A DNA stretch of 64,000 nucleotides from the NCBI GenBank assembly GCA_049724395.1, contig JAUGWO010000112.1, positions 124,001 to 188,000 on the forward strand, read 5' to 3'. The notes beneath the pieces were generated by a model that did no database searches, was not told where the DNA came from, and saw nothing but the letters and a program-made list of their open reading frames with translations. The DNA is from Spongospora subterranea f. sp. subterranea (Eukaryota). Each line of letters begins with the position of its first letter. Position 1 is the stretch's first letter. The translations under genes were made by a program, and so were the position numbers. Shown piece by piece: positions 23,896-36,884 of the stretch.

Positions 23896-24850
23896 ATGCT
23901 TGCCAGTGCAGTTGGGCCCGTTGGCTTCGATGCGATCAATGGAGCAGATCAAGCCTTTGATAACTATTGGACGAAGATCCACGAGGAATGTTGCTTTCGT
24001 GGCAACAGCTCCGAATGGTCTATGAATGCATCAAGAAACCGGTGGTCGCTCATTCAGGCCTCCATTAATGTTTTCATCGGTAATTATGCAATGGCAACTT
24101 CAATCGACATGAGTGGGTTTGCAAGTAAAGATTATGTCAACTTTGCTCTGGAGTTATATTTAACTGATCAGAGAGAATTTTAAATCTGGTGCGGTGCCCT
24201 TCTTCGTCATCTTCTTCTGATGCGATTTCGTCATCCCACGCGTTTTCTCGTTTCTATCTTGCTGGCAGGCATTGCAGTGTTCCTCAGACTATTGAGTCAT
24301 CTTCCGTATATTGATCCATTCCCATCCAGCTCACTTAAAGTCACCTTTGCATCACAGCTCGGTTTCACATTGTGAAATGCAGACCGCCCATTTCTCTCCG
24401 AATTGCTGCAATGCCTGCCAGCAAGGTAGCACTCAAATTCTTTTTTTCTGATCAATTAAATATAACTCTTGAGCACATGCGAGTTGTCTCAATGCTGCCG
24501 TTGTCTTTTGCAAAGTTGAAAGCCCAGAATTGCCAAGTGCGTCGAATCTCTGTTTGAAATACGGATCGGCCTCTCGAACTCCGGTTACCGTACTCAAAAA
24601 CAACAAGGCATTTCGCGTCCTGAACCGACGACGAAACAACCGATTAAGGCTCGTGATGAAAATAGACCTGCATACATGCCAATGTTCATTACAAGCATTC
24701 GTATGCAGGCGAAAGCCTTACTAATTGTATTCTACGAGCTCCCATTGCATGATCGCGCTTAAAATTTGCACAGCGACCCGGTCGTGACCCACCCCGTTCA
24801 ATAATCTGATTTGTCTCATCTTCATCGGATGATAATTCCATGACACTGCA
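23896..24850. mobile_element. PIF/Harbinger relic with both ORFs: Myb/SANT-like ORF (+, 23896-24183) and transposase N-terminus (-, ~24430-24850)
   Basis: (+) DAINGADQAFDNYWTKIH...RNRWSLIQASINVF. (-) GGSRPGRCANFKR...FRRRFR...DPYFKQRFDALGNSGLSTLQKTTAALRQLA, typical of Harbinger transposases. Confidence 0.8.
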
Positions 24851-24983
24851 TCCACAAGCTCGGTGTCATCGTACTGTAATTTGGGGATTGGGAACTTGAT
24901 TACAGGAGGGATGCGCTGTTGAGACGCCCTCGTAATCTTTAAAAGTGGACGACCAGCTTCTTGGCCGATACTGATACTGCGTT

Positions 24984-25850
24984 CACCATTATAACTTACA
25001 CACCACTATTATTGAAGATCACCATTATAACTTATACACCACTATTATTGAAGATCACCATTATAACTTATACACCACTATTATTGAAGATCACCATTAT
25101 AACTTATACACCACTATTATTGAAGATCACCATTATAACTTATACACCACTATTATTGAAGATCACCATTATAACTTATAACTTATACACCACTATTATT
25201 GAAGATCACCATTATAACTTATACACCACTATTATTGAAGATCACCATTATAACTTATACACCACTATTATTGAAGATCACCATTATAACTTATACACCA
25301 CTATTATTGAAGATCACCATTATAACTTATACACCACTATTATTGAAGATCACCATATTATAACTTATAACTTACTACACCACTATTATTGAAGATCACC
25401 ATTATAACTTATACACCACTATTATTGAAGATCACCATTATAACTTATACACCACTATTATTGAAGATCACCATTATAACTTATACACCACTATTATTGA
25501 AGATCACCATTATAACTTATACACCACTATTATTGAAGATCACCATTATAACTTATACACCACTATTATTGAAGATCACCATTATAACTTATACACCACT
25601 ATTATTGAAGATCACCATTATAACTTATACACCACTATTATTGAAGATCACCATTATAACTTATACACCACTATTATTGAAGATCACCATTATAACTTAT
25701 ACACCACTATTATTGAAGATCACCATTATAATTATAACTTATACACCACTATTATTGAAGATCACCATTATAACTTATACACCACTATTATTGAAGATCA
25801 CCATTATAACTTATACACCACTATTATTGAACCCAACTATTATTGAAGAT
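24984..25850. repeat. 36-bp AT-rich minisatellite, ~24 copies
   Basis: Unit accattataacttatacaccactattattgaagatc, nearly identical throughout, with short slippage insertions near 25175, 25355 and 25730. Confidence 0.95.
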
Positions 25851-26437
25851 CAAATCAATCTGATAATTATGCCCAATGCCATGCTAACATAGCAGTACGA
25901 AATTGGGATCTGACCCAGAAAATTCAACCCAGCGTGCCAGTGATAAGTGTAGTTATGGACGTTGCCTTTTTATTTAAAGTGGGAGAAACAACACTTCCAC
26001 AAGCATCACTGAGACGGCGCTTTCGCAAAAGGCAAGGAGCATGATACGCAGCGGTACGGCCTGGCGCGGAGTCCGCTGCCCGCGGGACCATCGTCTGCAA
26101 TTTGAGGTCAACAAGCACTCGATCATTTTCAAGGCTGGTTCACAATCGGACCTGACATACTGATGTCCTCCGAAGGCAGCTCAGAATCGTGAGCGATATT
26201 GATGGCGTTCCGACTTGTAGTTTGACAGTAGAGTGGTTGTGTATACAGGTCATTTAACGATTACGACGATCAGGACATCACTAACGTAAAGTACACTTCT
26301 CATCACTGTCATTTTCAAACAACATCGTATTGTCGTAATGTTTTGTGGAACCGTTTGGTTTTGATTATGGATCTGATCGCAATGATGCCGTGTGTCATAG
26401 CGGCTCTCGGTAAACCGCAGTCTAATTTCACATCGTA

Positions 26438-27053
26438 GGATGGAGTTGAAGAAGACGAGTTCGAAGACGAGGAAGACGATGACGATGATGACGACGATGA
26501 GGACGAAGGTATGGATTAATAGGTGTGTTTGCATTCCTCATCACATTGAATTTTTGCCATAGATGATTTATGGGGCTCTGCTGATGCCAGGAAGGTGAGC
26601 TTTCTAACTGTTTTGTCTATTTCAATGTTTTCGCTTGACTAAAATCGTATAACGATGGTTCTAGTCCGTTTTTCCGAAACCATGTCACACTTGAAAACAT
26701 TTCACTTGGTTGATTCCTTCAGTCCTGTTGCTGTGGACTAACGTATTTATCTTAGCTAGCTAGCCATTCGATGTACAATAATAACAGTAACAATGATGTT
26801 CATACGGTTCCATACAATAATGTTCGAGCTGTGTCCAACATGGCTATGTCTCGTGGTGTATCAACTCTCATTGGCGGCGCCAATGAGAAATTTCACGAAT
26901 CACAAACACACGTTTTGCCTTCCACGCCAGAGTCAGGCGTGCTGTGTGGTGCATTGCCTTCCGATTCAGACCGGTTCTCTGCTCTTCCTTCCCTACGGCA
27001 GCTTTCGTATTATACTCTCCAGCAATCAGCTCCAACTATTGATCACGCAAATG
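26438..27053 (+). CDS. Probable exons of an unidentified low-complexity protein (acidic tract, LPSLRQL motif); 5' end unresolved
   Basis: cgtag|DGVEEDEFEDEEDDDDDDDDEDE|gtatgg...ccatag|DLWGSADARK|gtgagc, followed by the ORF from 26771; splice signals are clean. Confidence 0.35.
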
Positions 27054-27699
27054 GTACAGAAACATCCCGTTTTTTTAATCCGACAAACCGGTTTTCAATC
27101 CTTCCATCGATCTTCGCCATGTTTTCCTTTTTGTCATTTCAATTCGCTCAAAACTGTGCTTGTATTTACATCGTTTTTTTTTTTTCGGTAAGTAAGTTTT
27201 GTTGCCGTTGTCGTATCTTTTTCCCGTGTCGCGTCATTGGTTTGTTTTTTCTCATCGTAGTTTTGTTTCAGACAATATTCGCGCTCCTCGTCATGGTGGC
27301 AACTCTCTTTCGTTACAAGTCGAGATTGACAGCGACACGCACAGGCAGCAACAATCCTCTTCATCTGTTGATGTCAATTCATCATTATCTTCTCCGTTAG
27401 TTGACCTTTTCATGATTTCCCTCTCTTCTAGTGTCTGTGTTATCTCCAATGTTATTATATTGCGCTTGCCGTTATCACTGTAAATTGTTTTCGCTCACCC
27501 CTTGTATTGATTTGACCGTTTTTATTGCTATTCCGATTGCAATCTTGTTTATTCCCGTTTTCGAAAAAAACTAGAGCAGTTGCCCATCTGCCTCCATTTT
27601 CAAATTCTTCTGACCTCCAAACACCGATCGATATGGAACTACCGCGTGCTGCCCCTGTCCTAATTGACACTTACGTTAAATCCAGCTATAAAATGAAAA

Positions 27700-29500
27700 G
27701 AAGGTAATAATAGTGGTTTGTTTCATGCATGCTTTTTGGTTATATGAACAAACCGGTTGAGTCCGTGCTGAAAGTGGACTTCTCGATTAGCGTAGATTCT
27801 GTTTCGCACTGTTCAATGGTTGATTCTTCAGGTATTTGACTCAGCGGTTTATGTACGATATCAACCGTAAAAGGGTCGAAGACCAACTGAGGAAAAGGTA
27901 TGGTTATTTATACCTGCGTGATAGAACCCGTCCCAGCTCCGACTTATTGATGAATATAGTAATTTGATTTTTCATTTTTATGCATTTACTTTCTTTTCTA
28001 TCTCTCTGTCGACAAGGTGTCGCTTATATGTAATATTAGATTCGGAAGGCCTCGGCCTCGAGGGAACACATCTGATTCCCGCTCGGTGTCCTTTATTATG
28101 ACCATTGAGGCTTCGTACGCTCTACGCCGTCTTGTACGAATTGAGCGTTGTTATCTGGAAGAGCTTCTACAGCCATTACCAAACCGCGTCACCCAAGTTG
28201 TACGTAAACGCGCTTTGTGGAAGCGCATTGTGAATTTAACACCACAACATGCATGTTTACTATCAGTTAATTCGATATTTTTTACCATACCATGTTGTTT
28301 GGCGGCAAAATATTTTTCCGCCATACATTCTGCAAGGCTCTGCTGTTATGTCTGATGGTTGAGATTGTTTTTGTAACTTTCTATGATTCAGCAACAAACA
28401 CTCTGTGCATATTTGCCCATTTTGAATTGCGATTGTATATGACATGTCATCTCCCGCGTCGCCCGTCCTTCCAGCGTTATCTCTCATTGTCTCCGTCCAG
28501 GTCAAAATTCAGCTTTTTAGCATGAGACGTGCGTTCCTTTTCCTCAATGAGGTCGCGTTTCGGTGCCAGCCGGTGGGAGATGCGTTCGCCTTCATGATCC
28601 CATCTGGCTACGCGAAAGAGGATTTCGACGGGTCGACACAAGTGATCGACGTGCTCACGAAGGGATACTACCAAGCGGTCCCTGGGCCACACCTTCCGCA
28701 TTGGAATGATCCTCAGGTAGTATCAATTGCTCTCCAAAAACGCCCAGACTTTTTTCAATCACGCCTGCTATTCCAATTTCATAGATGCAACTTTCACGAA
28801 TTGTCCCTCGATGAAACATTGGAAGAGTGTTTGCGTCTGGTATTTGTCATGTTATCGTTCGGGTCTTTGCTGGGGTTTTCATCTGTTATTGCTGATATAA
28901 TTATTTGGAGTATTTTTTCTTACTGGCTGTAACATCTTTTGGTTGAAAATGTTATTGAATATTCGCTTTGTAGGTTGACATCTATGCCTTTGATGATTGC
29001 GATGGCGGCCCTTCGGCTATGCCGCTGCGGCAGTCTGATCTCGTATTTATCCTTAATGATCGGCATGAGCACACGTACTCTGGTGTTGAAGATCAAAAGT
29101 TCGTCTTTATTTGACCGCACAAAAATGTGTTTTATTTTGAAGTCCTGTTTTTTTTATCCACGTACGTTCTATTCTGCGATGTGTATTTCTTTTTTTCGTA
29201 GAAAGTTTTGTAGTTATCGGCACCACAGAGGTAGTGCACGTAATCGCTCCATGTTTACTGATTGGTTGTTTGCTCCTCTACGACAGGGTTTGCCATTGGT
29301 ATTTTGTTCTTTCTCCGGATGATGTTTACCGTGGTCTCAAATTTCGTGTATCTCCCGACTCTTGGGTCCCTGTTCGTGGGCGATATGGATGGGTGCCATC
29401 CACCTGCATCCTAGTTCACAGTCCGGTCTTGCTTCAGTATTCGCTCAACACATTAAAGTTCAAGCTGGAGTCACCGCGGCTATTGGTCGACCCCGACGGC
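27700..29500 (-). mobile_element. Possible highly decayed non-LTR retrotransposon
   Basis: A-rich minus strand with fragmentary ORFs and only weak RT-linker-like bits (KKSGRFWRAID, HLCRPVEILF); no intact YADD seen. Confidence 0.2.
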
Positions 29501-30009
29501 GTCTGTCAATATTAAAACCGATTGTTCTAAAATTCACAATAATTTATATTTAATTAATTTATTTCCAAATACAAGTTCATGATGTTGTTCAGATGTAGAA
29601 ACTGTCGGACAGGTGGTAATGCTGCTTCCTACCCGAAACACAGCTAGTTCGTGATCAATTATGGAAGCAATTGCATCATGACAATGCGGGAAATTTAGGA
29701 CCTAACATCAAAAACAGGAAACGAGTAGAGTGCTTTATGTCGAAGGAGTTGGCTCAAAAGTCGTCAGTTGTTGTATACGTAGCTTAGACATCCACGTGCT
29801 TAGGAGCGAATCGCATCTATTTTCGAAGCATCACCAGTCAAGACGACAGAATTGGTTTGTGAGAATATTGTGAAATATGGCGTCTGTCATATTATCTGAT
29901 TTTCTTCCTCTGAATCTCGCTGAGCCAATTATGAAAATGTCTACAGTAGTCGTTTGAAATGTGGGCTTTATATTTGGGTCGCCGAACCCGCTAAAAATAT
30001 ATTCTCAAA

Positions 30010-30645
30010 TCATCTTCTGGTCCAGTTTCCAATGCTGCCCAAGGCATTGACAACATCAGCCGAAACCGGTTTACGATTAATTTCCATGGCGTACTTGGAC
30101 CAAATATAAGCAGTATAGAACAGGGTTCCCCAGCCCCAGACCGAACCAATCGCCCCGCAGTACCTGATATCTCCAAATATCGCCAACAGCACCGACAGAA
30201 CCGCTCGAGCCGGTAATGGGCGCCTCCCGGGCAGTTTCGCCATGGATTTGGCAATATACTCGGCTGTGGCCTCGATCAGATCACTGTTTCCAATAACCTC
30301 AAACTCGTCGTCAATCATTTTGGCCAACTCGTCCTGCTCAGGCACAACCTCCCAGTCCTGGCTGTCGTTACAATGTATAGTGTGACTCGTAACGTTGTCT
30401 ATAGCCAGAAACGTGTCGTCGTCGTCGCTCTGGTCTCGTATATCATCATGCTCAATATCATGATAATGGTTCGGGGATACATCTGACGATAGATATTCCT
30501 CAACACAATTCTCCCAATCATCAGCCAGAGGACGCTCGTCCCGATCCCAGTCGTGTTGACGGAGACGGAGGTCCTTCAAGATCTTGGCCCGCAGTATCTG
30601 CTGATGTTTAAACACACTCATTGATGAATAATCAGTGTCGTCCAT
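30010..30645 (-). CDS. Intronless protein of unknown function, paralogue A (acidic N-terminus with AIM/LIR-like motifs, conserved C-terminal helical/hydrophobic domain)
   Basis: 211-aa ORF; its C-terminal ~100 aa align with 31170-31826 (FGDIRYCGAIGSVWGWGT identical). Confidence 0.8.
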   Translation of the reverse strand: MDDTDYSSMSVFKHQQILRAKILKDLRLRQHDWDRDERPLADDWENCVEEYLSSDVSPNHYHDIEHDDIRDQSDDDDTFLAIDNVTSHTIHCNDSQDWEVVPEQDELAKMIDDEFEVIGNSDLIEATAEYIAKSMAKLPGRRPLPARAVLSVLLAIFGDIRYCGAIGSVWGWGTLFYTAYIWSKYAMEINRKPVSADVVNALGSIGNWTRR

Positions 30646-31169
30646 TGGGCAATACTTTTGATGTGCACAATTCAGCTAGGAAAAAAACAAACTTGTGGCG
30701 AAACTACCGCCGGGGTAGATCCCGCTATAGTAATTCAGCTGTTCAATCGCCGATGAATCTCTGAAAACAGATTAGTGCGGCCTTTTGCATGTAAATGATT
30801 AACCAATGATTTTGATTGTTTCGCGATATAGCCTTTCTTAATAAATACTGTTTGTCGACAATTGTGAGATTCATAATTTCAGAGATAATTCGTCCAATTT
30901 ATTCAGAAACCTTAACGATGGGTTTTATGTTGAACGCCAAATTATCAGCCACCGAGTCGGCTTGCTGCCACACCAGATTTTGATTGTTGATTCATAGGGC
31001 GATTGATGATTGTTTTAGGGTCAACATTTATTTAGAGGTTATATAGGCTGGTACTCTGGAATTGATCCATTTGTCGTGCCAAAATAGGAATTTTGAACGG
31101 ATTGATAAGGAGAGACAGAGCGACTTTTAATGATATGGATGAAATAAAACTCTGTGAATAGCCCAGAGG

Positions 31170-31826
31170 TTATCGCCTGCCCCATTCTGCGATTGCCATG
31201 AGAGATTTGAGCACAATAGAGAGTACAGGTTGACGATATATCCCAATGGCATATGTGGACCAGGTATAAGCCGTATATAAAATGGTTCCCCAGCCCCATA
31301 CCGATCCAATCGCACCACAGTATCTGATATCGCCAAACACACCCAGTAGCGCCGATTGCACCGCTCGAGCCGATAATGATCGCGTCTCCGGCATTGCCGC
31401 CATCGATTTGGCGATGAAATCGGCCATGGCCTCAATCACATCGCGATTATCCACCAATATAAACTCATCATCAAGAAGACCTTCTTTTTCTGGCACAAAC
31501 ACCCACGATGTCTCTGAACCATGATCTGAATCGTATCGATCTATTTTAGACTTATAGCCTGGCTCTGGCAGTTCCATGGCGCCATATAACGTATCATCGG
31601 TGCACTCCAGAAATGCGCCACGTTCCTGTTGGTCGTCATCCTGTTGCCGCTGTTGAACCGTTTCGTATAATGCTATGAATGTGTCAGATGAGACATAGCT
31701 ATTGAGATCTTCGAGATAGTCTCTGACAGCATCCCCGTCTGGACCGGGTTGGCTACAGAGTTGCAGCTGCTCCACGACCAATGCCATGTTGCAGCCGCCG
31801 TCACTAGACGTGTTCTGGCCGTCCAT
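31170..31826 (-). CDS. Intronless protein of unknown function, paralogue B
   Basis: 218-aa ORF. DEFILVDNRDVIEAMADFIAK...W.WGTILYTAYTWSTYAIGIYRQP resembles an uncharacterised family I recall from plants (D.YVLV..EDIVDGIA.F...WG..AIGIYQNP). Confidence 0.8.
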   Translation of the reverse strand: MDGQNTSSDGGCNMALVVEQLQLCSQPGPDGDAVRDYLEDLNSYVSSDTFIALYETVQQRQQDDDQQERGAFLECTDDTLYGAMELPEPGYKSKIDRYDSDHGSETSWVFVPEKEGLLDDEFILVDNRDVIEAMADFIAKSMAAMPETRSLSARAVQSALLGVFGDIRYCGAIGSVWGWGTILYTAYTWSTYAIGIYRQPVLSIVLKSLMAIAEWGRR

Positions 31827-32294
31827 AAGCTAGCGCAGGTGCGCAACGATTATGCTCGCGACGGTGAAGAGGAAGGGCGAAAGGGGGGACGACTCAAGGA
31901 CCTTATCTTCTATATTTCCTCAAAAACTTCCTCAACCCGCGGTTTCATTAAACAAAATCGATCGTGAAATGCGTGAAAATTCGGAGCCAATCTAGTGGAA
32001 GTGCAATCGGAAGTTATTGACCGCCGATAGGGTATAAAGGCACCAGACAAATATAGCGGGGCAGGAAACAGCAGCAGAGGCCGCACTATGCGGTGCAAAG
32101 AGATTCCTGGCGACTTTCGGGAGAGGGTCTACACTCGTCTACAAGAAGTGTTCATGCACTTCCCGGGCTACAAATACGGGTTGCTGGCGAGTAATATCGG
32201 ACTATATGAGGTGTGAAAACCATTGTAGAAACTGAAATAAGGGGCAGGTTAGGTAGATCCGACAATTGTATATTGAATGGAGAATAAAAAGCGG

Positions 32295-35200
32295 TTAGTG
32301 ATGCAGAGCTTGCTGAACCAGAGAAACGAGATCGGATGACAGGGTAGACAAATCAATTTCACTCGTGTGAGCCTTTACAATCATCTGGAGGCTCGGGGCC
32401 AACGACGCTTTTAATTCGGCGCTTATGCCGACATTACCAATGACGGTACCGAGAACCTGAACAGTCGGAAGGGCAACTGATGATGGAACTGACAACGACG
32501 CCCATAAAGATGTTAACGTTGGGTAAACAAATTTGCATTCGTCCATGTCGTTTTTCAAAGGACACATCATCAAAATTGTCTAAGAACCAATCGGTGCGAT
32601 GAGTCTTGAGACACATTGAAATGACAGCAAACAATACCTTGAACATAGCGTCAACATCGTAGGACAGACCAGCGTTTGATGGCCCTGTGATTAACTTGCA
32701 CAATGCGCTGCAAACGTTGTCGGCAGCCGCCAAGACATTGTTATCGTTACTGGTAACGTTACTTACCTACAGCAGTTGTATTCAATTAACCTGTTGTGCA
32801 AAAGTAGTGTACCAATAGTTACATGATGGCAGATATTAACAAGATGGTTCAAATATTGCATTGCCGTTGAGTTGTCGAGCTGGGCGATTGTGAAACAAGC
32901 ACCAGCGCAAAATGCAGCGTTCCGCCTGAGACGTGCGTGATCCGCAGCGACAGACTGCATGGCCAGAGGTAGAATGTGCCCCAATAGTGGCGCCACATCA
33001 GACTGAACAACAACAATTCAATAACCAGAATCTGGCGCAAGACGTAAGAACCGTGACCATGAGCGCCTCGACACATTCGCCAATAGCCCCCAGAAGAAGA
33101 GCTTGAGTAAGCTGATCACCGGACTGAAACCGGGACATGATAGTAGGAATGAGGTTGCTCAGCACCGGGAAAAATGCACTCCGGAAAGAGAGCGCCATGC
33201 CCCCAATCAAGTCGCACGTCGAATCCAAAACCTATAAAGAAGCAACAATAAGCGTGGACACAGACATGAAAAACTTGGACTAAAAACCAGTTCGTCAAAA
33301 TGATGACAGAAATTTGACAAAAACGCAAGAAACATTAATTCACGATAAGGCCAACTTCCGACAAAAAAAACGGATACGGATGTAAGAGTGAACAGGTTTT
33401 TACCGAATCCTTTTCGGTATCAGCGATGGGGTATTTATCAGCCTCAGTTTCGAGGCTAAGAACTTGTTTCACCATAGCCGCTAAATCCTCAAGATGTTCT
33501 TTGAAAACTGGAATACATTCCTATGAACAGCAATATGAGCAATGGGCAATCCGACACATACAGTTCAACTCTACCGTGCGATATTTCAAAACAATAGATA
33601 GTATAGCATCCATAGATGAAGCAACGACATCGCGCGATTCATCATCCGTAATGAGCGTAATCAAAATTGGCAATACACGGTCGACGTACGATTGAGATTC
33701 GGCCTACAAAATACGATAAGGAAAATACTTATGGCAACGTGATTGTTGAAAAATGACCGAGATATTATCTACTACTTGTGACGGCCATAGATTGCGCGAT
33801 TGCTGAACCATATCGTGAAGACCTTTCATGGCGACCAAACGGACATTCTCGTGGGGATACTCCGCTAGGAGCTCAAAGCATTCTATAATAGGCTCGTAGA
33901 ACTTGATCGCGTGAACACCAGTGCAGCGTGCGATTGAAGTTAGACAGTCAACAGCAGCAACTTTCTCGTCCAGAAATCCAGACAGGATCGAGCAGCGCAT
34001 GTTGCCTTCGCCATCCTCGCTGTCGTTATCGCAATCATCCGTACCGTTGGTTCCCTCTTCGGCGATCTCAACATCTTCAGCATCGTCTTCATCAGACGAC
34101 TCTGATCCGCCGCCAAACTCGGCGTTAAGGTCGGCCTTGGTAGAACGGAAATTCATTCCATCTTCCGAATCAATACTGTGCACAATCACATTAGCGACTT
34201 CCAAAACATCATTCGCGAATATGTGTCCAATTACATTTCCATTGCATGATGAACAATACTTTCGATGTAAGGAGCGAAGTCGGCTTGCAACAATTGACAA
34301 ACCTGTGACCAGAACTGAAAGGCGCCCTCGCGAAGAGCAGGATCGTTAACGCTTTGAAAGGTTTCCATAGATAACTGCATCAAAGGCATGCAGGGGCTGG
34401 TCTCACCCGTAGCCAACAACACAGCTCCTGCACACTGCATGGCGGCGGCTTTCAACGATGAGTGATTTTCATCCGCGCTGGACATCGCCGACTAACAGCG
34501 ATTGTTAAGACTTAGCAAAGGACGAAAATTAGAGAAATTACGTGGAGAAATGTAACAGTCTGTTCGAAAAAGGGTGTAAACGCGGTTTCAGCGTTTTTGG
34601 CGACAGCGGCAACCGCGTTGATAGACGCCTCCAGCACAGAGAGATCAGAAGAGTGTTGCTGCATGAGCTGGAAGAGGCGTTGCATTAAGACGGGAACGTA
34701 TTCGACACACGAGCCACTGAGAAAACTCATTAGATTGAACCAGTTGCAATACAATAAAACGAAGTAATGCCAATGAAATAAATTCAAGAAGTGCGGCAGA
34801 CACACCTGTCGAGTTCAGTGCAAAGCGCCTCAATCGCCAGACAAAGCTTGCGCTTGACCTTCAGTGTGGAAGCCGGATGCTGCATGCAGTTAACAATTGC
34901 CTCCATAACGTGTACATGATGTTGTGCCATGCTCTCAGTCAAATGGTCAGATAGCTGACCAATTGCCAAACAAGCAGCTTCACGAACAACTAAAGAACGG
35001 TAAGCCCAAAGAACGGCGAAATTCGACGTGAATGTACCCGGATCACTGTCCGAAAGTCCCTGAATAACGATAGAAAGAATCGACTGGAAATCGTTTTTCA
35101 TGGAGTTGGCGGCGCCCTCCACAGAGACCATCAACGCAAACAGGGCAGCGCGACGCGAGGCGGGCCCACCTGCCTGACACATCATGGCGCTGACAGCTGA

Positions 35201-36884
35201 CATAACGCGTGGGTAAACTACAGCGTCCGGAAGATTCAGAACACATTGATCCAAAATCTGAGCAAAAAAAATTGGAGGTCAGCGGTAATAGGAGTCAAAC
35301 GAAGGATCAGTTAACCTGGACCGCGAGGCCTCGGCAGTTGCCGGAGAATTCATCCTCATCCTCGTCGTCATCTTCGGGTTCACCTTCAGCATCTGGAGTG
35401 GAGTCGCAGCTCTCGAGCAAGATTGTCATTGACGCATTAATCAAATTATCAATCAAGACAGGCGACTCTAAAATTGCGGCCGCACGATGGTCAATCACAG
35501 AAGAAATCATGACCGCGCTGCGTTCACGAATATCCATCTCCACCTAAACAACAGCAACTCAGCAAAGACTCATACAGTTTTTACTGGTTTACGTTAGGGT
35601 TAGCAGCAATTGTCAAAATGCTGGAAAGAATCGGGGCCAGCTTGTCCTGACTAATTGCTTGCTGGTCATCGGCAAGCTCCTCGAGAACTTCTAACGCCAA
35701 GATAGCAACGTCGGATTCACCAGGAGCCAAGACGCAGGCACCGAGGGCACCCAGCATTGGCTCTAAAACGGACTGAAACCAGCCCATGGATGCGGGATCG
35801 TCAAGGAAACTTGTCATCGTGCTCAACGCTTTCAATGCCTCAACGCGAACGCTTAGGGCAGCGTCCTCCAGACCCTGGTGAAATATGACACGCAAAACCC
35901 CTAGATGAGCACGCATCGTTTTCCCTGTTTACATGATATTAAAAAACAGAAATGTAGGTCTTCCTAAGACTGATCAGTTAAATTAGAGATATCAACGATG
36001 TGGGAACACAAACAGGTCGCAAAAATAGCTTGAAATACATCGAACAAAGTGGAAAACTGAATAGTAACAAAGGGCAGAAAATGAAAAAGCAACTTTTGAA
36101 CGGACCTAATGTGCTGAGAAGAATGCGGAATACACGAATGGCCATCTCTCGTAACACCAAATCAGCATTTTTGCTCAGGGATTCCAAAAACATCAAGAGA
36201 TGCGGCCATCCTCCTGCAATCAAAGAGATTCATCAATGTCCACACAGCCATTGCCAAACAGCCTGCAATGCTGCGATTCAAACGACCTAACCTGAGGAGA
36301 GCGTATATTTCGCAACGACGGTGATGACGCCGGCAATAGCGTTTTTGACGGGACGTTCGCTATCGTTAACGAGACACTCAAGAAGCATATTCTGCGCCTG
36401 CTGCTTCTCGGTGACCGCAAGTCGAACCCAATGCTGGCCGATCTTCTTGCGAAGATAAACAGCGCTTAGCTGCCGGGCAACTGGGTTCTGGCTTGTTGCA
36501 AGGATGCATAGCAAGCTCGGTACGCACGATAATTTGCTCAGAACCTTCTTCAACTGAAGACATCATCGCTCAAAATGGCTGATATAACGACCTTAAAAGT
36601 GTTTCAACAAATGTCGTATGTAACAACTTTAAGACAGATACAGCACGGAGTCGTTTCGTTACACTAATATTCGGGTAACGCGATACGGCGCGAAGCACTG
36701 ACCGATGCTGTTACAACTGTCTGTAATGACACAGAACAATACGAGCTATATTTTCTACGTGCGTTGGCGTGGTTTGTAAGGTTACCTGCTGGGTAGCATT
36801 ACGCACGGCCTCCGTATCAGGGACGGTCAACTGTAACAGGAGCGCCTCGACCTGGGCCGGGCTGAGCGCAGTCTGAATGGTCAT
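32295..36884 (-). CDS. IPO4: Importin-4 / Kap123 (importin-beta family HEAT-repeat protein), many exons
   Basis: LLLQLTVPDTEAVRNAT, ARQLSAVYLRKKI..HW (IBN_N), VREAACLAIGQLSDHL, acidic loops, FLDEKVAAV, RRNAAFCAG and DNVCSAL. Confidence 0.9.

Noticed and set aside
24961..25892. Long repetitive ORFs (TIITYTPLLLKI)n / possible CRISPR array
   Set aside because: Pure tandem repeat with no unique spacers, no ATG start and frame-shifting slips; eukaryotic context without cas genes.
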